Source: a virus
Taxonomy: Duplodnaviria; Heunggongvirae; Uroviricota; Caudoviricetes
Strand: one strand, 5' to 3'
Virus record (IMG/VR): IMGVR_UViG_2671180275_000007
Length of the DNA: 5,202 nucleotides
In this document: piece by piece, positions 1 through 4,751 of the stretch
Layout of the letters: each line of letters opens with the position of its first letter
How positions within the stretch are numbered: the first letter of the stretch is position 1
The notes under the pieces: model-generated
Databases searched by the model: none
Told to the model about the DNA's origin: nothing
What the model saw: the letters and a program-made list of their open reading frames with translations, nothing else
Translations under genes and position numbers: made by a program

Positions 1-85
1 AAATCTTACGGATCCGCTTTCCTTCCGCCCCTTGCGGCCTTACATCAACCTTATAACGCCCGTCTTTGAGTTGCTTAATCGACAT
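1..85 (-). CDS. int: Tyrosine integrase, P2-family, N-terminal fragment (gene continues past window start)
   Basis: Minus-strand ATG at 85..83 with GGAGG about 8 nt upstream (complement of 93-99). Translation MSIKQLKDGRYKVDVRPQGAEGKRIRKI resembles the N-terminus of P2-type integrases as I recall it (MAIKKLDDGRYEVDIRP...). Position immediately downstream of the repressor on the same strand matches P2 int-C order. Only 28 codons visible. Confidence 0.75.
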   Translation of the reverse strand, partial: MSIKQLKDGRYKVDVRPQGAEGKRIRKI

Positions 86-154
86 GATTAGCCCCTCCAA
101 CGGATGAATCAGCCGTACACTCTCTACGGAATGAAACCCGCTCGATGTACAGCG

Positions 155-502
155 TTAGCCAGCATTGCGGCCTGATCGGGATGATTTTTGGGTAACGTCG
201 ATTGAAGCCAGATCGCCCTCCGACTGAGAAGATCCATCAAGAGAGAGAGCCGGGGCAATTTGACCCCCAGCTTCAAACGTTTCATCAGTTGTTAACCAAA
301 GTGCATATTTTTTAAAACGTAAATTTTTTGTGATCTTTAATAAGATCTCACTTCCGATTCCATCTTGCCTTCCCGTTTCGTAATACCTCTGCGTATTAAC
401 AGGAATCCCTGTAAGCTCAAAGAATTGCTTCCTTGTAAGCCTCTCACTTTTCCGGATCATCAAGATTTTTTCACCGATACTTATTGACAGTGTCGAATTC
501 AT
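155..502 (-). CDS. Immunity repressor, XRE-family helix-turn-helix, P2 C-like
   Basis: ORF track 155..553 (-); I place the start at the internal ATG (500-502), giving MNSTLSISIGEKILMIRKSERLTRKQFFELTGIPVNTQRYYETGR...FKKYALWLTTDE...GGQIAPAL. The HTH lies 8 aa from this N-terminus, and the block pattern (EKI..MRKSE.L.R.Q...LTG.P...YYE.GR, KY.LW, GQIAPAL) matches my recollection of the P2 C repressor. GAGGA lies 10 nt upstream of the 502 ATG on the minus strand; the ATG at 541 and TTG at 553 have no RBS. Stop TAA at 157..155. Confidence 0.85.
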   Translation of the reverse strand: MNSTLSISIGEKILMIRKSERLTRKQFFELTGIPVNTQRYYETGRQDGIGSEILLKITKNLRFKKYALWLTTDETFEAGGQIAPALSLDGSSQSEGDLASIDVTQKSSRSGRNAG

Positions 503-513
503 ACCACTAAAAT
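484..513 (+). promoter_or_regulatory. Candidate sigma70-type early (Pe-like) promoter: TTGACA-18 bp-TAAAAT
   Basis: Perfect -35 TTGACA at 484-489 and -10-like TAAAAT at 508-513 with 18-bp spacer, oriented toward the Cox-like gene (predicted start near 520). It overlaps the first codons of the repressor gene, compatible with P2/186-type overlapping switch promoters. Sequence motif only; no transcript data. Confidence 0.4.
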
Positions 514-534
514 CCTCGCAAAAGTGTCGTAATT
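489..534. promoter_or_regulatory. Candidate repressor operator: direct repeats AGTGTCG(A/TA)ATT flanking the -10 element
   Basis: AGTGTCGAATT at 489-499 and AGTGTCGTAATT at 523-534, a 7-bp exact core plus AATT tail, centres 34 bp apart, on either side of the candidate -10. P2 C repressor is known to bind direct repeats flanking the -10 of Pe. The second copy is also part of a small inverted repeat TGTCG-n6-CGACA (525-540). Confidence 0.35.
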
Positions 535-538
535 TCGA

Positions 539-561
539 CATCAAACAAATCAAAACAAACC
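539..561. repeat. Tandem A-rich direct repeat CATCAAACAAA / TCAAAACAAACC in the switch leader
   Basis: Read directly: 539-549 CATCAAACAAA followed by 550-561 TCAAAACAAACC, between the candidate early promoter and the Cox-like start codon. A 13-bp exact copy recurs at 1130-1142. Confidence 0.6.
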
Positions 562-603
562 TTCATGAGGCGCGACAAGCGCACCAACGCAAGAGGATAG
601 CAA

Positions 604-1128
604 ATGCGGAAGTCAATTGCCGATAAAGAGTTATCTGACACACAAGCCCTTCAGGAAAACGACAGCATCACCGAATCCGTTGGTGCGGAAAACGACGATG
701 AACACCAAGAGGAAAAGAAAAAACGCACCTACAAAAAAGGGGCAACCTTGCGACTGGATGGCCCGGTAGCCGGACTTTGCTCACTTGAAAAAGGGGCAGC
801 CTATATCGGGTTGACAAAAGCTGCATTGCGCGTGGCGCTTCAGCGAAATCAGATGCCTGGACACAAGACCCGTTCAAACCCTGAAGATGAAAATTCGGAT
901 GGCGTATGGTGGTTTAACGCCAGAGAGTGGGACAAGCTGGCTGACGAACTACCAGAATGCGAGCCGCCAGAATGGCACAACTGGAAAAGCTACTGGACGT
1001 ACGACCGACAGAAAAGAAAGTTTTCCCCGGCAAACAAAGAAGACTGCCAGACCATCAATGGAAAGCGGGTTTACACAGGAAGAAAGTCAAAACTGGAGCA
1101 ACACCAATACAGCGAAGGCAACCAGTGA
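604..1128 (+). CDS. cox: Cox/Apl-like winged-HTH regulator/excisionase with acidic N-terminal and W/K/R-rich C-terminal extensions
   Basis: ATG 604 with AGAGGA 6 nt upstream. Central segment LEKGAAYIGLTKAALRVALQRNQMPG...GVWWFNAREWDKL has the HTH-plus-aromatic-wing pattern of P2 Cox as I recall it (AKLIGKSTGAVRRMIDKGKLPV...GEYWVYLPAWN) and of excisionase-type HTH domains. First gene to the right of the repressor, as for cox in P2. At 174 aa it is about twice the length of P2 Cox; an internal TTG at 745 with an AAAGGGG Shine-Dalgarno-like sequence would give a shorter Cox-sized N-terminus (alternative start). Confidence 0.65.
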   Translation: MRKSIADKELSDTQALQENDSITESVGAENDDEHQEEKKKRTYKKGATLRLDGPVAGLCSLEKGAAYIGLTKAALRVALQRNQMPGHKTRSNPEDENSDGVWWFNAREWDKLADELPECEPPEWHNWKSYWTYDRQKRKFSPANKEDCQTINGKRVYTGRKSKLEQHQYSEGNQ

Positions 1129-1142
1129 CATCAAAACAAACC
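1129..1142. repeat. Distal copy of the leader repeat (CATCAAAACAAACC), immediately after the Cox-like stop codon
   Basis: ATCAAAACAAACC at 1130-1142 is identical to 549-561 (13/13), so the two copies bracket the Cox-like CDS. Followed by CGGGAT...CGGGAT short direct repeats (1142-1147, 1159-1164) and a GATC at 1145. Confidence 0.6.
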
Positions 1143-1179
1143 GGGATCATTAAGAGCATCGGGATTTGAAGGTGTTGAC

Positions 1180-1374
1180 ATGACTGACTCCACTCAAACA
1201 AAAGACTTATACAGCGATTTACGCTTCATCATCATACAACAGCAATCAGGCAGGATGGATCCAACACGTGCAAGCAAGGCCTGGAAAGAAGCCCTTACCG
1301 ATCAGGGGATCGATGTAATTAGCGTAGTCATGGCTGAAGTGATTTTTAGGCTGTCAAGAGACGCGTCACTGTAA
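1180..1374 (+). CDS. Hypothetical small protein (64 aa), early operon
   Basis: ATG 1180 with GAAGGTG 5 nt upstream; same strand and tightly packed with neighbours. No recognisable motif. Confidence 0.5.
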   Translation: MTDSTQTKDLYSDLRFIIIQQQSGRMDPTRASKAWKEALTDQGIDVISVVMAEVIFRLSRDASL

Positions 1375-1399
1375 CCATTACATAAGGACCAGGTGAAGA

Positions 1400-1750
1400 A
1401 TGAAGCAACAACGAAATGCGCGCATCCATAACAACACTGAACGCCACAAATTGCGCAGTGGCGCAGAACGCAACGTTGCGTGTCAGTCCCACCGTAAAAA
1501 TGGTGCGACCGCAACCACTGAAATCCATGCAACACCTGACGGCCGCCCTGTAACACAAACCGGCAAACACACCTGGACGGTTGGCGATACCGGCATCGTC
1601 ATTCACAAAAGCCTTCGCAGCCCTGTTACTGGCAGATTTAATTTTTCTCTGACACGGGGTGATGAATATTTCGGGCAGGACTTCACACTTTTTGAAGCCT
1701 TAAGGACAGCAGACCGCCTGATAAACGGAAGAAGTTTTCACAACAACTAA
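1400..1750 (+). CDS. Hypothetical protein (116 aa), basic polar N-terminal half
   Basis: ATG 1400 preceded by AGGTGA (3-nt spacer) and AGGA (11 nt); fills the gap between neighbouring genes on the operon strand. N-terminal 60 aa are unusually polar/basic and contain two DNA palindromes (1452-1465, 1468-1481), so coding status is less certain than for the neighbours. Confidence 0.45.
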   Translation: MKQQRNARIHNNTERHKLRSGAERNVACQSHRKNGATATTEIHATPDGRPVTQTGKHTWTVGDTGIVIHKSLRSPVTGRFNFSLTRGDEYFGQDFTLFEALRTADRLINGRSFHNN

Positions 1751-1763
1751 CGCGGGTGGAAAT

Positions 1764-1988
1764 ATGAAAAAATATTATCTTTATGAAAGCACACGTGAGT
1801 CCGGGATAATTAAAATAAGTAGTATTAGCTCTGCTACCAGACATGACCGTGAAGTAAAAATTATTCTTAAAGAAGGTGTTGAAATTAATTTGATTACTGA
1901 CACGGAAAGCAACGCTGTTAAATGCGTAAGCGCAATAATAAAAACCATTAAAAATAGATCAAATCCTGCGGACTGGATTGTATTTTAA
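1764..1988 (+). CDS. Hypothetical protein (74 aa) in a sharply AT-rich segment; candidate horizontally acquired moron
   Basis: ATG 1764 with GGTGGA upstream. The ORF is visibly AT-rich (roughly one-third G+C by eye) against a roughly 50% G+C background. Protein MKKYYLYESTRESGIIKISSISS... is I/K/S-rich with no motif I recognise. Confidence 0.5.
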   Translation: MKKYYLYESTRESGIIKISSISSATRHDREVKIILKEGVEINLITDTESNAVKCVSAIIKTIKNRSNPADWIVF

Positions 1989-2012
1989 TCACAGGAGAGA
2001 AAGGAGACAGAC

Positions 2013-2252
2013 ATGAACAACCACTACAAACAATTAGTGAATTTGCTCCTTGAGCGCCACAGTTTTTCACTGGCAAAAACAAACGGAGAAAATAAAACTG
2101 CCGCCGACAACTCCCTGATACTGGGCCTCAGCGGGTTACAACAGGCAGCATTCTGCGCTGACGACAGTGAGGCGCTTACCGAAATAAACGAGCTCATCAG
2201 CCAGATGGATATTGATGGGTACATCCAGCCCTACAATCTGGCGGTCGTATGA
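2013..2252 (+). CDS. Hypothetical protein (79 aa)
   Basis: ATG 2013 with a strong AAGGAG Shine-Dalgarno 6 nt upstream (2001-2006). Stop TGA 2250-2252 overlaps the next start (ATGA). Confidence 0.65.
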   Translation: MNNHYKQLVNLLLERHSFSLAKTNGENKTAADNSLILGLSGLQQAAFCADDSEALTEINELISQMDIDGYIQPYNLAVV

Positions 2253-2353
2253 GTTCAACATTAATCATTATCGCGTCATGGGTGATATTACTGGCGTCAT
2301 TCGTTGTTTCTTATTTCGTGGTGAAGCTGCTTACTCAATATTTAAATCTGTAA
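2249..2353 (+). CDS. Unannotated 34-aa hydrophobic single-pass membrane peptide (MSSTLIIIASWVILLASFVVSYFVVKLLTQYLNL)
   Basis: Not in the ORF track (below length cut-off). ATG 2249-2251 overlaps the upstream stop as ATGA; own translation gives one about 21-residue hydrophobic helix with a short polar tail; stop TAA 2351-2353. Segment is AT-rich. Size and composition resemble phage Kil-type or type I toxin-type membrane peptides. Confidence 0.45.
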   Translation: MSSTLIIIASWVILLASFVVSYFVVKLLTQYLNL

Positions 2354-2401
2354 CAGCAAATGAACTTCCGATAACACCAGAACACACATGAACAGTTAAT
2401 T

Positions 2402-2438
2402 AAGGCATTCATGCCTTCGGGTTCCCTTTGTCTTTTTT
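2402..2438 (+). terminator. Candidate attenuator/weak intrinsic terminator or palindromic protein site: AAGGCATtcATGCCTT then T-tract
   Basis: Near-perfect 16-bp palindrome at 2402-2417 (6-bp stem, 4-nt loop as RNA), preceded by the TTAATTAA palindrome (2396-2403) and followed 13 nt later by TCTTTTTT (2431-2438), just upstream of the RBS of the next gene. The T-tract is not contiguous with the stem, so not a canonical terminator. Confidence 0.3.
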
Positions 2439-2450
2439 CAGGAGACAACA

Positions 2451-2684
2451 ATGAAAACCGTTAAATCACCTGACAAAGAAATAAGCACCGGACAGGAGCA
2501 CATGCACGCACATATCAGCATGGCCGCAAGAAATGCCGAGCGTGCGCATATCTGCGAAATACTGCGCGAGCGGATTGACGGGATGAAAGAAATTAACGCA
2601 TCCCCGGAACAAATCTACTCAGCCATTGAGCGATTAATTGCTGTGCTCATGAACACCCGTGAACAGAAAGGTAACGCACAATGA
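2451..2684 (+). CDS. Hypothetical protein (77 aa)
   Basis: ATG 2451 with AGGAGA 6 nt upstream; stop overlaps the exonuclease start as ATGA (2681-2684). No motif recognised. Confidence 0.65.
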   Translation: MKTVKSPDKEISTGQEHMHAHISMAARNAERAHICEILRERIDGMKEINASPEQIYSAIERLIAVLMNTREQKGNAQ

Positions 2685-3262
2685 ACCACCTCATGATTGA
2701 CACTGAAACACTGGGCTCCGGACCGGATGCCGTCATATTCGCAATTGGCGCGGTGTTTTTCGACCCGTTCACCGGAAAGCTGGGCAAGCAGTTTGAGCAA
2801 TTCATCGACCCGGTGGATTCAGAACGCAACGGCGGAACCGTCAATGCAGCAACCACTGTATGGTGGGCCGGACAATCCGTGGAAGCCAGAGCCTGCCTGC
2901 GCAACGCAAAGGGAACAGAGCTTGCAGCAGTGACCGAATTTCTGGCGTTCATTTCACGCAACATGCATGACGAAAGCCCGGGCAATTCACTGACCATATG
3001 GTGCAAGGGCGCATCCTTCGATTTCCCGATCCTGAAATCCGCCATAACACGCACAGCCGGAGAAAAAAGCATTCCGTGGTGCTACTGGAACGAGCGCTGT
3101 ATGCGCCCGCTTATCGCCATGGCTGAGTCAACGGGCTGGAAAATGCCAGGCAGATCAGGAAAAGAGGCCATTGCTCACACCGCACTAAGCGACGCCATTT
3201 ACCAGGCAAAGATCGTGTCAGAAATCTGGCAGCGCTTCACAACACCATTCCTGAACATATGA
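2681..3262 (+). CDS. DEDDh-family 3'-5' exonuclease, small DnaQ/RNase T-like fold (Rv2179c-like)
   Basis: Exo I motif MIDTETLG at the N-terminus (D-x-E), Exo II-like IWCKGASFDFPIL, Exo III HTALSDAIYQA (H-x4-D) near the C-terminus. Size (193 aa) and motif spacing match the short phage/actinobacterial Rv2179c-like exonuclease family as I recall it. Translationally coupled to the upstream ORF. Confidence 0.85.
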   Translation: MNHLMIDTETLGSGPDAVIFAIGAVFFDPFTGKLGKQFEQFIDPVDSERNGGTVNAATTVWWAGQSVEARACLRNAKGTELAAVTEFLAFISRNMHDESPGNSLTIWCKGASFDFPILKSAITRTAGEKSIPWCYWNERCMRPLIAMAESTGWKMPGRSGKEAIAHTALSDAIYQAKIVSEIWQRFTTPFLNI

Positions 3263-3271
3263 GGTGAAGCC

Positions 3272-3499
3272 ATGGTCGCCATCCTGAATATGCGTTGCCG
3301 CCCCCCCCTGAACGTGGAAACAAAAGCCCGCACGTCTCTGCGCTTATTTCGCAACGGAGCGCGGAATTTTTCACGCATAAAGCCCCACGACTACCTGGTC
3401 ATAAGAATCGGTTTTCGCTGGCGATTACTGAGCAAAAACAACGGGAAGTCATGGGATTTATTAACGCACGAAACCTATAACAGAGAGGCCGCGTTATGA
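3272..3499 (+). CDS. Hypothetical basic protein (75 aa) containing a C8 homopolymer tract; coupled to dam
   Basis: ATG 3272 with GAGGTG 5 nt upstream; stop TGA 3497-3499 overlaps the dam ATG 3496-3498 (ATGA). R/K-rich product (MVAILNMRCRPPLNVETKAR...). The C8 run at 3301-3308 encodes RPPL. Coding status rests on RBS and coupling geometry only. Confidence 0.4.
   Translation: MVAILNMRCRPPLNVETKARTSLRLFRNGARNFSRIKPHDYLVIRIGFRWRLLSKNNGKSWDLLTHETYNREAAL
3301..3308. repeat. Homopolymeric C8 tract (G8 on the minus strand)
   Basis: Read directly: gccgCCCCCCCCtg at 3297-3310; the only homopolymer of 8 or more G/C I can see in the window. Lies 30 nt into ORF 3272..3499. Confidence 0.9.
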
Positions 3500-4470
3500 G
3501 CGAAAAACTGTTATCCGGCACACCGCTGAAATGGGTGGGCGGAAAAAACCGCATCATGGACACACTGAAGGCGCACCTGCCAGAAGCTGACTGCCTGGTT
3601 GAGCCGTTCGTGGGTGGCGCATCGGTATTCATGAACACCCGTTACAGCCGCTGCATCCTTGGAGATTCCAACGGTGCGCTGATTAATTTCTGGCGGGCAG
3701 CACGGGACAACACCGACAGCCTGATCGATGAGGCAAAAGACCTGTTCCTGGAACATAACAACAGGGCTGACTATCTCGCCATCCGCAACACCTTTAATGC
3801 AGAGAATCATGCATTCCTGAGCACGGGAATAAGCGACCGCCGTGAACTGCGACTGGCCGCCATGTTTTTGTACCTCAACCGGCACTGTTTTAATGGCCTG
3901 TACCGGGTGAACGGAAAAGGTGATTTTAACGTGCCTTTCGGCGGCTACCGAAAACCCTACTTCCCTGAGCGGGAAATCCGCGCATTTGCAGACAAGGCAA
4001 ACAGCACCCAAACGCTGCTTGTTCATGGCGATTTTCGAAAAACGCTGAGCTGTGCCAGCCACCTGTTCAGCATGGGTAACACGCTTTGCGTGTACTGCGA
4101 TCCCCCTTACCTGCCATTCAGTGGCCGGGACAATTTCACCGCCTATGGAAAACCCTTCACGAAGGACGACCACATTCGCCTGAGAGCAGCGCTTGACCGC
4201 CTTTCACAGGAAACGGGCGGCATGACCAGCATCACCATCTCCAATTCCGACACACCGGAAACCAGACGCATTTATCAGGGTTACCGGATGAACTGCATAC
4301 AGGCACCACGAAGCGTTGGCGCAAGAACCAGTGAACCCGCAATGGAAGTTATCGCCACCCTGAAGCAGTGCGACACCTGCGGTCGCCATGGCGGTGGCTG
4401 GTGCCCGGACTGCGGCCCGGCGACGGGAGATGCAACGTACAGCGCGATGTTTACCTCTGCTCACCCGTGA
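3496..4470 (+). CDS. dam: DNA adenine methyltransferase, Dam family (GATC N6-adenine MTase), with about 45-aa C-terminal Cys4 extension
   Basis: Strong block-by-block match to E. coli Dam as I recall it: LKWVGGK (Dam LKWAGGK), CLVEPFVGGASVFMNT, FLYLNRHCFNGLYRVNGKGDFNVPFGGYRKPYFPE, catalytic VYCDPPYLPFSGRDNFTAYG (DPPY), ISNSDT. Extra C-terminal tail contains CDTC-x7-CPDC (nt 4369-4413). Antisense ORF 3511..4173 is spurious. Confidence 0.95.
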   Translation: MSEKLLSGTPLKWVGGKNRIMDTLKAHLPEADCLVEPFVGGASVFMNTRYSRCILGDSNGALINFWRAARDNTDSLIDEAKDLFLEHNNRADYLAIRNTFNAENHAFLSTGISDRRELRLAAMFLYLNRHCFNGLYRVNGKGDFNVPFGGYRKPYFPEREIRAFADKANSTQTLLVHGDFRKTLSCASHLFSMGNTLCVYCDPPYLPFSGRDNFTAYGKPFTKDDHIRLRAALDRLSQETGGMTSITISNSDTPETRRIYQGYRMNCIQAPRSVGARTSEPAMEVIATLKQCDTCGRHGGGWCPDCGPATGDATYSAMFTSAHP

Positions 4471-4505
4471 ATAACCAGATGAATCAGCAACACAGGAGTC
4501 AACCG

Positions 4506-4751
4506 GTGAATAACAAAAGCACGCAGCAATCAATCGTCGTTTCAGCACTGAGATATCTGGCCTGCATCAAACAACAGGAAGCAAGAGAGGCGGTGGAGAA
4601 GCGGGATTCGGGGATATTTGTGGCACTTGGACACAGCTATACGGCAATGCTTGCCAGCAGGTCCGCTGAATTCATTGAGGAGCAGCAACGGGAAATTGAG
4701 GCACTTAAAACCGCAGCAAACAAGGAACGGAGAGGAAGGGGCGAACAATGA
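4506..4751 (+). CDS. Hypothetical protein (about 81 aa; GTG start favoured, ATG 4479 alternative)
   Basis: In-frame with track ORF 4368..4751, whose first 33 codons overlap the dam 3' end (dam stop 4468-4470) and are unlikely to be translated. GTG 4506 is preceded by AGGAG (4494-4498) at 7 nt; ATG 4479 lacks an RBS. C-terminal part is charged and coiled-coil-like (EEQQREIEALKTAANKERR). Confidence 0.5.
   Translation: MNNKSTQQSIVVSALRYLACIKQQEAREAVEKRDSGIFVALGHSYTAMLASRSAEFIEEQQREIEALKTAANKERRGRGEQ

Noticed and set aside
112-130. Hairpin CCGTA-n7-TACGG between repressor stop and integrase start as a terminator
   Set aside because: Only a 5-bp stem and no U-tract on the transcribed (minus) strand; repressor and integrase are more likely co-transcribed as in P2.
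503-553. Longer repressor N-terminus from ATG 541 or TTG 553
   Set aside because: No Shine-Dalgarno upstream of either; the ATG at 502 puts the HTH at the usual distance from the N-terminus and matches the P2 C start region.
668-1169. ORFs 668..877 (-), 887..1153 (+) and 957..1169 (+) overlapping the Cox-like gene
   Set aside because: Alternative frames of a gene with a recognisable HTH-wing core and good RBS; no independent support.
1302-1606. Minus-strand ORFs 1302..1556 and 1346..1606
   Set aside because: Antisense to plus-strand operon ORFs, no ATG/RBS support (1606 would start with GTG), Cys/Arg-rich unnatural composition. Kept only as a caveat because the sense ORF 1400..1750 is itself unusual.
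2647-3072. 141-aa and 61-aa minus-strand ORFs (2647..3072, 2615..2800) and plus-strand alternative-frame ORF 2697..2933 overlapping the exonuclease
   Set aside because: Overlap the DEDDh exonuclease CDS, which has all three catalytic motifs in frame; the alternatives have no motifs or start context.
3295-3480. 61-aa ORF beginning MPPPPERG in the frame opened by the poly-C tract
   Set aside because: No RBS and proline-run start; it is the alternative frame that a tract-length change would expose, not an independent gene.
3511-4173. 220-aa minus-strand ORF antisense to dam
   Set aside because: Lies entirely within the strongly supported Dam CDS on the opposite strand; no RBS or domain; a typical shadow ORF.
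4368-4505. N-terminal 46 codons of track ORF 4368..4751 overlapping the dam 3' end
   Set aside because: These codons overlap the Dam C-terminal tail in another frame and are preceded by no RBS; the GTG at 4506 with AGGAG is a better start. Also rejected: minus-strand ORFs 4204..4548 and 4542..4763 and plus-strand 4618..4821 as shadow ORFs.
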